Assembly: GCA_001179505.1 (NCBI GenBank)
Contig: CDMY01000316.1
Coordinates: 60,561-124,560 of the forward strand
From: Vitrella brassicaformis CCMP3155
Lineage: Eukaryota; Protista; Chromerida
Length of the DNA: 64,000 bases
Direction of reading: 5' to 3'
Part shown: positions 25,161 through 38,479 of the stretch, piece by piece
How positions within the stretch are numbered: the stretch's first letter is position 1
How the letters are laid out: every line of letters begins with the position of its first letter
The notes under the pieces: generated by a model
What the model was told of the DNA's origin: nothing
Databases searched by the model: none
What the model saw: only the letters and a program-made list of their open reading frames with translations
Made by a program: the position numbers and the translations under genes

Positions 25161-26430
25161 ACAGTCTTGGCGTGACTGCGGGGCATTGGGGGTGTGTGTC
25201 GAGTGGCGGGCGGGGCGTTTGGACACAGCAGGGCCTCCAGAGATGGTAGCAGGGGTTGTGTGGTGTCTGCGCGATACATGATGGGGAAGACGGGCAGGAT
25301 GAAGAGGGGGAACGAGATGGAAGCGCAGATCTCCGATACGGCGCTGGCGAAATACCAAGTCGTGCACAGGTCGGCGAAGGCGGTAAACTGGAAGCATATC
25401 GCTGCGGTCCAAAAGCATCCCTTCCGCAGCCAGATCGCCCAGTTCATGTCTCGAAGCATGACCTCGTCGAACACCATCACGTTGGCCAACATATAGATGA
25501 CTGTCGGCTCTGAACGGCAAGGCACATGAAGGAAGGGGAAAGCAAGTGATGCCGGCCGGCCACCAGTGTGTCTGTCTCAGGTGTGTGCAGAAATGTCTCG
25601 CCTCACCGAAGAAGATGAAAGCGAAGAAGTTGTGCCAGAAGATGCTCACACGCAACGGGACGGCGAGAGTTCCCATCGCTCCCATGAAGGTCAGCCAGGA
25701 CAGGATGCGCGTCACATCGACGTAGATGCCCGAACGCGCGTGTGTGGACGGGAGCGTCTGCTGGATGATGTCGGCGTAGAGCTGGACGAACCGCACCCAG
25801 CTGGTGGCGGAGAGGGAAAGCAAGAAGACGCCCACAAGCTGCTCCGCTGCACACACACAGAGACAGACCGACCGACATGCACGCGTGCACTGACAGATCT
25901 TCTCTGGTGTCCTCCCGTGGGTACGTTCGTGATTGATGCTGTGCGAGAGGTACAACTTGGGATACCTCAGCCTCCCTGCACATACACACACAGACGCAGT
26001 CAGAGAGTCGTCCTCCCTGGTGTGTGGACAGGTATCACACCACTGGCTCACCGTTCCAGAAAGATGTGATGTACGTGAGAACGAATGTGATGGGGAGAAG
26101 CACGGCGACGCCAGAGGATATGCAGACCCGCACAGGTAAGCGAGGCCGCCGGGAAGGCGTTCCCGGCCCCTGGTCCCTGTCCAAACGCCCCGCCCGTGGG
26201 TGACTGATGCGCCGTGTGAAAGACGCGTTCCTGTCCCCATGGAAGCCGCCGTGCGTGGACCAAGACTCGGGGGAGCTGTTGGTGGGAGGGAGGGACGCAC
26301 CGGCGCGAGGGGATGAAGCAGGGGAGGCAGTCGTTGTACTTGGACCAGAAGAGACCTCCTCTCTCTCGGCGACACGCCTCCTCGCTCCCCAACAGGGAGA
26401 TCTCCGGTGGGAGAGGTCATCAAAGATCAT
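24893..26430 (-). CDS. Frag1/DRAM/Sfk1 (TMEM150-like) multi-pass membrane protein
   Basis: Spliced model: TM1 VCISSGVAVLLPITFVLTYITSFW, then YPKLYLSHSINHEPEQLVGVFLLSLSA (resembles DRAM PYISDTG..PE), ILSWLTFMGAMGTLAV, WHNFFAFIFFG (resembles H..GA..FF) and further TMs. Confidence 0.7.
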
Positions 26431-26610
26431 TGTAGACGCTGAAATTCTGTTGCGATGTTATCGTGGTCGTCAGACTTTGGTGAAGCACCGCGTCATCTCT
26501 TCTCGGAGTTCTCCTCGAGCTCGCAACCCTGACCCCGCGGTCTTTTAGCGCCGCCCTAACTCTGTAACCCTTCTCCCCCCTTCTTTTATACCGTACTGCA
26601 TGCCCGCACG

Positions 26611-29600
26611 ATGCCGTATCGCGAGTACAGGCAGCGGTACAGACAGCAGCATAGCGAGCCATCGGGCTTCTCGAAGCTGAGGAAGAGAAGATCATCGGTT
26701 GCCCCGTCTGAGGCGGAGCTGGAGCGATGGGAGGTGAGTGGGCAGGGAGGGCATTGTCGATGGGGCCAGCTGTGTGCATTCATGTTCATTACTGTCGGTG
26801 CAGGCTGCCTACCTGACTTCGAGAGCCGCCCTCTCCCTTCAGCGGTTCCGCCATATCGTTGGTTTTTTTTTGCGTCGCATCTGTCGTCCACGCCTTGGCT
26901 TCTATGGTTTCGTTCTTCGGGTTTTTTGCTACGCCCATCCCAGTCATGTACTGTTCCCCCCCAGGCGCAGGCGCTGTCGGAGACAATTTCCACACCAGAC
27001 CCTCGGTATCCGCGCAGGCGCTGTCGGGATTGTTCCTCGACATACGAAACCCATCGCGGCTGGCCAACGGGGGCTTCTTCGCGGCCATGTATGTCCTGAT
27101 TGTGGCCTTGGAGAAGCACTTCGTCGTCCGAAGCCGGGCCGCTCCTATGCTTTTGGCGGCGTTCAGCGAACTCTGGGTCATCCTCGTAAGCCATCTGATT
27201 GTACTAATTTGTGACCCTCCCCTGGCTGTGGTGTTGGTGCAGCTCTGCCTGGTGGACTCGCTTGAGGATGGGCATGCTTGACTGTCGCCTTTCCAGCTGT
27301 CAAGACTAGTATTGCTTTGTCCCGTATTGACGGCGTCGATTGGGCCTGGGCCATTCTACATGGTCTGCTTTTTGCTGTGGAACGTCTGTCTCATCGCGGG
27401 CCTTTCTTTCGGGGGGCTTATCACGTGTATCCTGCCGCAGAGGGAGGCGCCAGGGCCGCCCATAATCATAAGCATACTGGGAGGGGCCGTGTCCGTATGG
27501 ATCGCTTATTTGGACGAGTCGGCCAGCAGAGGCAGCTTCATGTACATGCCCGTTCCTGACGTGCCGTCCAACCACTCCAGCGAGGACGCTGCCAACGTTA
27601 AGACGGCCATCGAGCGGATGTCTGAGAGCCTCACCAGCCTCATGCGGCGATACCCTCGTAATCCTGAAGTCATCTCCGTGACGAGATATGCCCTGTCATG
27701 CCTCGATGAGAACCTCTACCAGCTGGACCTGACCGGCATCGAGTCGAGCTCTGATCCATTCACCGGAGACAAGAGCCCTAAAAGGCCTGATGGCGAGAGC
27801 GGCATGTTCGATTACCTTGTGAGCTTCAACCAGCCTCGTGCGCCCATGATGTCGAAACCCTCAACGTGAGCTCAGAGACAGATACCTGGATGACATGGCG
27901 ACCTGCGTCTTTCTTCGTGTCTCAGGGGTGGGGATCGAAGTCTACTGGGTGTTGGGATGCAGACAAGTGTGCAGATCGAGAAACTAATGGCCTCAGACGC
28001 CGTGATTGGCGTGTGGGGTCTGGATCTGTTCGGCCTCGACAAGGCGTCCAAGCACCACCCGCTGTCTACCATCGTCATGGGAATCAACCAAAGGTGAAGC
28101 ATGTATACATACATACATACATATACACGTCGATTTAATCTGAATACCGATGCTGCATGCAGGTGCGACATGACGGGCGTGCTTGGCCTCGATCGCCGCA
28201 AGTTCTATCGGTTTGTCACTCGCATTGAGTCACTCTACCGCGCAGACCCGCCATATCACAATGCCATTCACGCGGCCGACGTCACCAACTCACTATTTTT
28301 CTTCATGCAGGCAGCAAGTAAGCCGGAGACATATGTACAGCGACACGGACAGTGATTGAGATGGTCTCGAGTTGTGTATATCAGATTGGCTCGAGCTCAT
28401 CCAGCCAGTGGAATTGTTCTGGCTGCAATCATCGCTGCCATGTGCCACGATGTGGGCCATCCTGGCACGAACAATGCGTACATGGTAACGACCTGACGAC
28501 ACAATCAAAGGAAACCCCTGTGACGCCTTTCAAGGGTCTGTGACTCCTCTTTAGGTGAGCAGCGTTAGTAGGCTGGCGCTCCGTTATAACGACCAATCGG
28601 TTCTGGAGCACTTCCACTCAGCACTCACGTTTGAGGTGCTCCAGTCTGCCGACACGAACCCACTCGACAAACTCACCAAGGACGAGTTCAGAACGGCAAG
28701 GTAGCCATGCATACTTCATCTGACCAAGCAGTTCGACGTCCCCTGTGTGTCTCCGTCTTCCCTTTTTTTCCAAACTGATCATATGCGAGATTATTCTGGC
28801 GACTGACATGAAGAAACACTTCGAGTTTGTTGCCAAGTACAGAGCGCATTTCGCCAAGTACCTCACCAAGGATCCCCCGGCGATAGAGAGCGACAGCGAC
28901 TCTGCATCAAGGTTGGGGCTGAAGTGGGGATCGACAAATGACCTGGCCTACGACTGGCCGTCGAGGCTGCTCATGTTCAAAATGCTCACGAAATGCGCCG
29001 ACCTCGGACACGCCGGTAAACCTGCTGTCTCACTGATTTCTCCGGTCCTTGTGGTTGACAGGTGGGGCCAATTGTGTCTCAGGAAAGCCGCGAGAGCTGC
29101 ATGAACAGTGGAGCGTGGCGATTGCCGAGGAGTTTTTCCGTCAGGGAGATCTGGAGAAAGTGGAGGGGCTTCCGGTCAGCCCCCTGTGCGATCGGGACGA
29201 GGTGGTGTTCGAGAAGAGTCAGAGCGAATTCATTCGCGTGATCTGCATCCCGTTGTTCTCTGCGCTGGCGGACGTTGTCAAGTGAGCCAGTGTTGACAGA
29301 GCGACGCAGGTACTTCATCGTGGTTGATCTTTCCTTGCAGGTGTCCTAGCATTGACAAGGCCTTGATGCAGCAGGCCAGACAGGTGAGACACGACTTGAG
29401 GACTCGAAAGAGACTCCAGCGCCATCACATGCGCTTTGCCTTGCGCTTTGGATGGGCAGAATCGATCTCACTGGCAGTGGCAGATCCTATGCCTGTCTGC
29501 TTCTGTTGACAAAGGACGATCCTCGATCTGCGGGGACAAAGAGAGAGACACCAGCACCAGGCGTTCGAAGAAAGGCATGCCCCAGTCCCTTCCGGCCACC

Positions 29601-30190
29601 ACATCAGGCAACAACAGCAACAATAACAGCCGGGAGAGCGTCATTTTGGAGCACATCCGCAAAAAAGCCCTCTTCCATCAGGAGGCCAAGAGCGACGCGA
29701 ATCGGTGGAGCTCCTCAGCCTTGAAACTGCCGGGATTTGAAGAAACGGACCTCTTGGCGAGCCAGGCCAATCCGCAAGGCAGATACTCATTGCGACGGAG
29801 TAGCTCATCTGACGGGTCGTCTCGTTCGTCATATGCTGAGGCGGGCGACCTGAGCCTGCTCCAGCAGTTCTTCAGGTCACTTCAGAACACACAGTCTCTC
29901 TGTTTCTCCACGCGTTCGTCTGTGCGTGCAGACGTCAATCCATCTCGCAAGAGGTGCCGTTTGGCATGGCAAAGACAACCACAGCAGCGATGAGCTACAG
30001 GCACGACGGCGACCCTGAAGTGGCGGGCAAGGCAGAACAACAAAGGGACGCCGAGATAGAGATGATGAAGGATGCCCTGACGGCTTACACAAAATCCAGC
30101 ACTCAGGAATCAGCTGACCAGGAGGCCAATCGAGCATCATCTGACCTTCGATCGAGGCGGCGAGCCGGCGACGTTCGCAAGGGGCAGTGA
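26611..30190 (+). CDS. Class I 3',5'-cyclic nucleotide phosphodiesterase with N-terminal transmembrane region
   Basis: YHNAIHAADV, AAMCHDVGHPGTNN, LALRYNDQSVLEHFH, ILATDMKKHF, KCADLGH, EEFFRQGDLEK and KSQSEFI. Hydrophobic exons at 26960-27520. Confidence 0.95.
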
Positions 30191-30633
30191 TTGAGTGTAT
30201 CAGTAGGCAGGCAAGGCACCTATAGCCTTTGTCCCTGGGCTTGGTTTGGTCATTCAAAGGGCATACTGGTTTTTGGGAGTGTCGTGTCTATTGTTCATGG
30301 ACCGTCTTCTCTCGCCAGCCGTCTCTTGATAGAGAAAGGCAAGGCAATAGTCGAGAATGCCATGTTGCTCTTGACGTAAAGGGCATTGAACAGCATCTCT
30401 CGAGCGGGATCTCTGTTTGTTGGCTTCATTTTTATTTCTTAAGTTTCACACAAGTGCTTTCAATGGTATTGTGTCAGGACCCGACTCACTGTCCCACATA
30501 ATGTGTGCATACCGTGTTCACATGAAGAAATCTATACAGTGTGCGGAGGAGACGAGAAAAAATCCACAAGACGCGAAACACACAACAAATAAACACACGT
30601 ACTGAGTGCAGATGATTCCCTCTCTCGCCCTAC

Positions 30634-33600
30634 TCAGACAGCTGGCTTTCGAGTTCCGATCGTCGTGGCCCGCCTGACTGTCGGTCTTTCTACAGACAGC
30701 GCTCTTGTCTTCTCTTTCTGGGTGTCCACCTCCCCATTCCCTGCCGCCGAATCTGTCTCTTTAGGCGGCGAACCAAAGGTGACGCCACCACCTTTCGGCT
30801 TCTTCTGCCTGGGCGTCACAGCTCGTGGGGTGGGCGAATGGGAGCTATCGGGTGTGCTCTTCTGTGATCCAACTCGTTCCTGCTGCTTCGCGGAGGGCGA
30901 CGAGAGAGCCTTGACCTTCGCCTTGTGCGCGTGGACGACGGTGTTTTTCCTTGTCGCTCCACCTCCTCTCTTGCCTAGAATGCCTCCGAAAGAAAGGGAA
31001 AGGAGAGCTTTCAGCGGAGGCTTGGCCTTGCCCATGACGATGGTTCCTCGTGGAGTTGTGGCGCCAGGGGTCCCTCCTGTCGCGGACAGCCGGGCTTCCT
31101 TCTGCGTCGGCTTGATGTATGCGCATCTCTTCAGAATCGCAGCGAGGCGGGATTTTGTCCGATGAGCAGCCTGACAGCAGAGACACAACAGAACCATCCA
31201 AGGGACTGGACTCTGTTGTCGATCAAGCCCTGGCGTACCAGTGGGAGCTTTCTTAGCACAAATTGCGTCCATTCATATGACGTTTGGGGCGGGGCGGCAG
31301 CTTGCATGTGCAGCTGCTGGCTTACAATGCTTCCCACTCTGGCCCCTCGGCGCCGGGATGAGTCGGGCTTCTGAATATCGATGGGCATGGGCAGAATCGC
31401 CTTGCGGGGCTCTTCCAGCGGAAAGCTCCAGATGTTGGTGCCCTCCAGCCTTGAGATGCCGTGGTGGCGACAGGCCAGCTCCTCGCGGCTAAGGTCGAAG
31501 AGGTTCTCCCACAAGTGACGCACCGCTGTGTCTGCAATGGCACATGTTGACGGTGATTATACAATCTTGGAATACGTGTGTCGTAAGTCTGCCTACTCTC
31601 TTGCTGCAAGGGTGCGATGGCTCTCTGAAGGTCCCGCTGTACCATCACGAAGACCTGCTGCTCCGTTTGGGTGGCCTGGCGCTCTAGCTTGAAGCTCGCC
31701 TGCCCTGCGCGAGACGGGGTGGCGGCAGTGGGGCTCATCCCGATCACCTGACGGCAAAGAGAACATCCAGTGGGTGAGTTGCCTCTGCCGGCCGTGTGGT
31801 GTGCGTTAAGTGGCCTACCGAGGCCCTGCGCGCCCTCGACCTGGCCGATTTGGCCTTGGCGGCCTTTGGGCTCGCTGTGAAAATGTCGCCGACTTTCTTG
31901 GCCGCGACGACCGATGGAGCCTCGCTCTTCTTTGATCTTGCAACGGTGGACGCGTCAGCCTCGGATGAGCCCTCTGAGCTTTCCTCCTCAACACGCATCG
32001 ACACCTCTTTTATCATGTACTGGGAAAAAGGAAAAAAATCGCGTTGTCTCGCAAGTTGGCGTGTCCATCTCATATGGTGTGCTTTTACGTTTTGGAGTCG
32101 TTCCCATCTCTCTTGCGGGAAGTTGAGTGTATCGCTGCGTATCTTGCCGAGGAGGGACGAAAAGTACTCAGTCTCGGGTAGGAACAGCTGGCGGTACAAG
32201 CTGCGTGCATATCACACACACATCAGTTATATATGGTCGTCGCACATGGGGCGGAGGGGCAAGGCTGGGCCACCTTTCTTCCTGGTTGAGGTCTTGCAAG
32301 AGGATCAGCATGGGCAGCAGAGAGTACAGCACCTGGTCGTGTGGATCGCTGGAAGAGATTCGACACACACACGGCGTCTGAAACCAAGCTCCCGTGTGTA
32401 TACGGGAGAAGACGTACTCTCTCTCCACGAGTATACGCAGGCTCGGTGGCATGGTGGTTTCGAAGTAGTGGATGAGGATGTTGACGAACTGCAGGCTGGT
32501 CTCGTCAAATGCACACTCCGCAACGCCCCATGTCTGCCACACCACACACACATGGCATGCACATGTGTCGCCCAGCCCCCAGCCTTGGGTTGGTCCGCGT
32601 ACCTACCTCTTCCAAGTGCACCAGTGCAACTTGTATATTCTGGTTCTCGTCCAGCTGAGGCCGCAAGGACGCCTAAGAGGGAGGGACAGATGGAGAGAGA
32701 CACATGTGGGGATATCCTTTGTTAAGCTCAGGTCACTCTCGGCCAATCGATGGCCGACTTACGGGGTTGTTGTGATAGTCAATGAGCACGTCGATGAACG
32801 TGTGCAGGTCGGAAAGCAGGATGAAAGACAGGGGCTTCAGAGCTGACAGCCAGCCGGGCAACCAACGCACGGGGGTCGGCAGGGGCAGATGCGAGACATC
32901 GTGTCCCACCTACCTGGGAATGTCTCGATTGTGTTGTCTTTGCCCTCGCCATGAGGGTCCAAACGACGGGCTGTCGAAAGCTGCAGGCAGAATCAAGAAG
33001 CATAAGAAAACGATGGAAGAGACGCCATTCCAATCTCTTCTATGTCCCTGACAAGTCGCGGGTCGAATTGCGGCTGGTGGCCGCTCCCGAACTTGCCGAT
33101 CCGACGCACTTGGGCCAGTCTATGCAGGAAGGATGCTTCCTGAAGAGGCCTGAAAAGGTCCACGTCGGCGACAGTGCTCTGCGCCTGAGCGGTCATCTCC
33201 AGCGCAGATGCTATCAACAGCCTCACTGGCTCCAGCGCACAGTCGAGGATCCGCCGCCTCTCCTCTGTTAAATATTTTTAGGAAAGGGTGTTTCTTATAA
33301 TTTAGGAATTGATTGCAACGGTCTACCTGTGTAGACCTTGTCAAACCGTGAATAGCTCCGCATGAAGACACCTGTGTGGGAGACGAGTGTCTCCAGGAAG
33401 CGGCGCCAGACGGCCCGGGGCGGCGTGGTGGGAATGCTGTACATCTCTGCCAGCCACCTGCACACAGTGCCACGAATGTGAGAATGAGAATACTATGCTA
33501 TGCTATGCTATACTCATGCCCACCCGGGGATCTGCCGCAAAACTCTTCCGAAGTCATGTCTCACGCGCTGAGCGGCGTGCAGCACCTCCTCGTCGACGTC

Positions 33601-34503
33601 ATATCGCTGCCCGTTGTACTCAAAGTAGTGTTCGGGATGAAGGCTTTTGCGCACCACCTCAGGCCGGATGAGCGAGGTCATTGTCGCCTCCTCTTGCTTC
33701 CTCCTCCCCGCCTGTGCTGCAGGCTCCATAAGAGAACCGAATATCGTGTGTCGTGGCTCTGGGGGAGGGACGAGCTCAGGCTTGCGATGTGTCCGTGGGC
33801 CCCCATCTTTTGACGTGAGCAGCTGAACGAAACCGGAAAGCTGCCGCAGGAAAGCTTCCAGGAATCTACAAGAACAAAAGTAAGTGAAGGCGTCCCTCCA
33901 ACGGACAGCAGCACATGCCTCCCTGCCTTCTGTTGCTCACTTGGGGTTGTGTGCGAAAGTGGCAACGGTCTGCCCCTGTACCAGATCATGCAGACTGGCA
34001 ACGGCATCCTTCACCGCATGATACAACGACGTATCCAGCAGGGGCGTCTGCAGCGTGCGCCGCGCCGTCCTCAGCCTCTCCCTGCCTTCGTCCATCTTCT
34101 CCTGCGCCGGCGAAGGCACCCTCGACCGCGCTTGCTTCGACTCACTGATCGGCTTTGGCACAGCCGTTCGCTGCCGCCTCTCGGTCCTAAGCTGGACGAG
34201 ACGCGTCTCTGTCAGCACTTGTGACCTGTCGTCCCGGTATGCAGACCTGTCGGTGAGCACTCGTGGTGACGGCCGTAGGCGGGATGGAGGGGGGGATGGG
34301 AATGGAGAGTGCGAGTCGACGGTCTGTGAGGGCACGTCTGTGGTCAGGCTGGTCAGGCCCCTTCCCTCAGCTGTTCCGAGCCTCGTGCCCTTGACAGGCA
34401 GAGGTGGCAGTGGGGGTACGGCGCGGGTGTGGCGGAGCCGGAGTGTCCTCTCCAGAGTCTCACGAATGACCAGACGTCTCCTTGCGTGCTTGTTGCCTGC
34501 CAA
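30634..34503 (-). CDS. Large hypothetical protein (many short introns, helical core, basic low-complexity C-terminus)
   Basis: In-phase exons include WLAEMYSIP...GVFMRSYSRFDKVYT / EERRRILDCALEPVRLLIA / LKPLSFILLSDLHTFIDVLIDYHNNP / FDETSLQFVNILIHYFE / LYRQLFLPETEYFSSLLGKI. The start is not defined. Confidence 0.6.
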
Positions 34504-35499
34504 CGGAAAAGTGATCGTTTCATCATGAAATGGACTGTGTCAATCGATCAACTCTCAATCACGCGACAAACATCATGAGAAGGCGTACCAAGTCGGTGGA
34601 GTGATTCCGACGACGAGGGCCGAGATGGCTGCTCGATGGGCGGCAGATGTGGTGGGGAGGGCAACGCATGAGGGGCGAATGGCTTGAAGTGATACACTTC
34701 CCGTTCTGCCTCCTTCTGCCCGACCGTGACGCCCTGCAATGCACGCGTTGCATCTGAACGAAGGCTGAGGGGCGGGAAGGAGAGCTTCGCGGACGCCCGG
34801 AGCGCATAACGACCTGATTGCCATCCATCATCAGGGCAAAATAAGCATGTGGACTGCTCGGCAGTTGCATCACGTGCTGTTGCTGCTAACGCGGTGAGCT
34901 TGGGAGGGGATTCGCTTCCGAAATGACCGATGGCGGCCGTGAAGAAGAGGCGTGGCTCCAGCTACTTGTAACCCGTTGCATGACTGTGCACAGCGCTCCG
35001 AAAGCCACGTCCAAAGCAAACGAAACGTGCAGGAAGGCATTCGCCAACGGGGGCGAAGTGAGAGGTCAGCCCCCGAGCTCATTGGGGCCGGCGTCTCTCG
35101 ACAGGAGCTCCCCGCCGTTCGCGGCTGCCACGCCGTCTTCTGTGTGCTCGTTTCGGCTTTGTGCCGGTCCGCTGTTTCGGAGTGCCCGTCCTGCGCAATA
35201 GTCCGTATCTGTTTGTGTGTTGTCAGTGAACTATCGAGGCTTGGCGCCTGCCTGTCCGACGCCTCGCTAGGCGTCACGAGATGCCAAGCCTCACCGACAG
35301 CGTGTCGGTTTATCGTGTCGAAAAGTGAGGCCGGATGCTTGCACCAACGAAGCACAAGGAAGCACGTTAACGATGAGTAGAGCTTTGGTTCTGCTATGTC
35401 TCGATACATTCAGGCTACAAGTGATGCTGTCAAAGGTGTGGATACAGCCATATGCACACATATGCGTGGTGACTTGATGCCCCAATGAAGTCACTCGAT

Positions 35500-36750
35500 T
35501 CTTGTCATCGGACGAAGAGGCGGGACGGCGTTGAATGGCTGAACAGGCAGCGACAAGTAGATGTGGATGTGTGTCGCGCCGCATCAATCGGTGGCAGGCT
35601 ATTCAGGCTTGGCTCGGCGCTTCGCGCCTCACCTTCGCCCCACCTGTGGCAGGATCTGGCCGTCCGTGAGCATGTCTGTCTTGGTTGCAGCCGGCAAGGG
35701 CAGAGAAGGACGCGGCGCTCGCAAGTGGGCGATTGTTTCGGTATGAGTGGCTCGCACAGGATAAGACACGTGCCGATACTCAAGATGAGATACACTTTTC
35801 GAACTGCCGTCCGCACTGCCAGGGTCACACAGGACGACGGCATTCAGTCGTCTCTCCTCGCCGATGTGATTGGACAGACGGGAATGAACAGCCGGACCAG
35901 TAGGAGGCAATGCGAGGTGTCTTTCCTGGAGCAACACCCTCGCTCGACGATTGGAAGCAGCGAATCTGCTCCCATAGATATTCCGGGCTTCCTTGCCTGC
36001 ACGCGTGACACACACACACACACACACACACACAAAGAGAGAGAGAGAGAGAGAGACAGAGAGTGAGACATGGCTGCAGCTGGAATCAACGATTGAAGCG
36101 TGCCGTTGGCACCTCGGATGAAGCCCGTGTAGCCGATAATGGCCCTCTCGGCGAGCGGCGCCGTCTCTTCGCTGCGGGCTTTTCCTGCTGGAGCCGTTTG
36201 TGTTCGTTCATACGTCACGTGTCGCGCCCCTTTGCCGACTGCTGCTGGGGGCTTTCCATGATGCACCCTGAGCTTACACTCCACTCTGAAGACCCAACAA
36301 AGGGACGACTGAGTCTCGCCTCGCTCCTTTCTCGTCGCCAGCCTTGCCTGCGCATGTCATGATAGAGCCCTGGCTCCTGTGGGCAATGGAAGTGGAAGAT
36401 GTCCCTGCCACGACAGCACACACACACTCAGGCTCATGTGTCGCAGAACGCTGCCTTTTGCAATGGGGCAGTCCCTGACCTTCCATGATTGCCGTCTCGT
36501 GGTTTCCGAAATACAGTGAAGAACTTGAGGTCACCGAACTTCATCTCGCAAGATGGGCCTCCGCCCCGCTTGCTGGAGGGAGAGAGCGAGGCATTCTGCC
36601 ACGCTGGCATAATCGCGCCTCGACGGCGGCCCCAGATTGCAATCTAAGAAATGCGTGTGGCGCACTCATCGCAATCGCACTTGTGTCATTACGTACATTT
36701 CGTGAGTTCCTGCCGGCTTCCTGGTAGTACCTCCACTTGAGGCACGGCAA
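35500..36750 (-). CDS. Hypothetical protein carrying a GYTGFIxG motif (FAM166/CIMIP-like axonemal motif)
   Basis: Splicing across the intron at about 35995-36110 gives AIIGYTGFIRG-KEARNIYGSRFAASNRRA. Gene boundaries are poorly defined. Confidence 0.4.
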
Positions 36751-37073
36751 AAAACAAACATCAATCTGCCTGTCACATAAAAAGAGTCAGTTCCCACGTC
36801 ACTGCCATGACGCACTCATACCAACTGATACGCACCCACGCACAAATACACACACACACACACACACACACATACGCACACACACACACACAGACAGAGA
36901 GAGAGAGAGAGAGGGAGAGACGCATAACGTATACATGTACATCCAGGTCACCAGACAGATCTAGATGAGAATTCGTATGCGGCTCCACGCCAATGCCTCA
37001 TAGATGGATAAAAGGAACACGCCGCACCACATCTATCGGTCGCCGAGAGACATACAGCGACATCGACATCCAT

Positions 37074-38479
37074 TCATGTCTGCACGTCATATTGAATTTC
37101 CTCTTCTGTCCTGTACTCATAGGCCCTCCATAGATTCCACCACGACTTGAAGATTGGGGACCGAATAGATGGCCGCACGTACTGGCATCCGTCATCAAAC
37201 GTCCCAATAGGCGGCCCCGTGCGCCAGCAACCAACCCACAGCCACGCAAATGAGTGTCGTTCTGTGTGGCTCTTGAGAAACTTAGCCCAACTATCATGAC
37301 CCATCCATGGCTTCACGCCCCCGTTATAGTGCAGAACCACAGGCTGCCACGACGAATTGGCAGCGTTAGTGTCCATCGCACGAAGACCTGCACAAAAGCA
37401 GAGAGAGTGTTAGGATGCAGGAAAGGCAGCAGGAGTGTGTGAGCCGTTACCTCCGTCGACAAAGACGTTGTACTCCGCTGGCAGCTCACGGAAGCTGCCA
37501 TTGAAGAAGAGATTCAAACTCAGCTGGTCATCGAGTCCCCACTGGCTGTTCCATCCCCTAATGGTGGATGAGGCATTGGAGCACCGAATAGCTGGCAGAT
37601 TCATCAGCAAAACACCTGAAAGACGGACCCAACCGAGAGATGTTCGTGTCACACTTCGTATGGCCGTTGCTCTATTCATTCTGCCTTACCCGAATTAAAT
37701 GCTCTTCTGCCTCCATTCCACCAAACTTTGTCGTGCGCTCCGACACTGAGCAGTAGCGGGTAAGGGTTGGTCAGCGGCCTGCCCGCCACAGCTTCATCAG
37801 GTCGGAGAGGCACCGCAAACAAACCCTCCAGCGATCCGTTGACGATTACATCGTAATCAAGGTAAAGAACTTGTGCGATAGACAGAGGTAGTATGTCAGG
37901 CAGTAGGATGCGTAGATTGGCCGCACGCGTAATACGGGCTTCGTTGCTGTTATAACTGTTGCGTCGCACTGCTGAGCCGACGCGATAGCTTCTCAGTGCC
38001 GGAAATGTGTCCGCAAACTGGGTAAAGTTGATCAGGTGCAGCTGCAAAGAGGGCCACCTTCTCCTCGACGCTGCTTCGTCCTCAAGAGCAACGATTGTTG
38101 GGTGGTGAGCTGACACATCCATCGTCACAAGATGTATATCAAGGCAGCCCGCCAGCGTCGTGTTGCGATGGTTGACGTGTATTGAGTTGAGGAGCGTCGG
38201 AATGGGCTGAAGGCCGGCACCATCCACACCAAGGGCTATGTGGGCCTTGCGATCACCACACGGCCGGTCCGAAGTGGCGCTGCCCTGTGCTCGCGTCATG
38301 CAGTCGCGGAAGGCGTCTGTATCTGGAAAGCCAGTGGCCCATAGAGACTGGGATGAGAGCTCCAGCGGCTGACGGCCTCTCGTCGGGAGGCGGAAAGGGG
38401 GCATGAGCTGCGCGAGGAGGAAGAAAGCCACCAGCACCACCATCCACATCTTGCACCGCACACATCTTGCGTATGCCAT
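37074..38479 (-). CDS. Glycosyltransferase family 8, type II membrane protein
   Basis: N-terminal TM (WMVVLVAFFLLAQLM), RILLPDIL, QVLYLDYDVIV (DxD), FNSG-VLLMNL, DDQLSLNLFF, ELPAEYNV and VVLHYNGGVKPW. Confidence 0.92.

Noticed and set aside
31796-32725. 309-aa plus-strand ORF
   Set aside because: Antisense to a well-spliced minus-strand gene, with no motif of its own.
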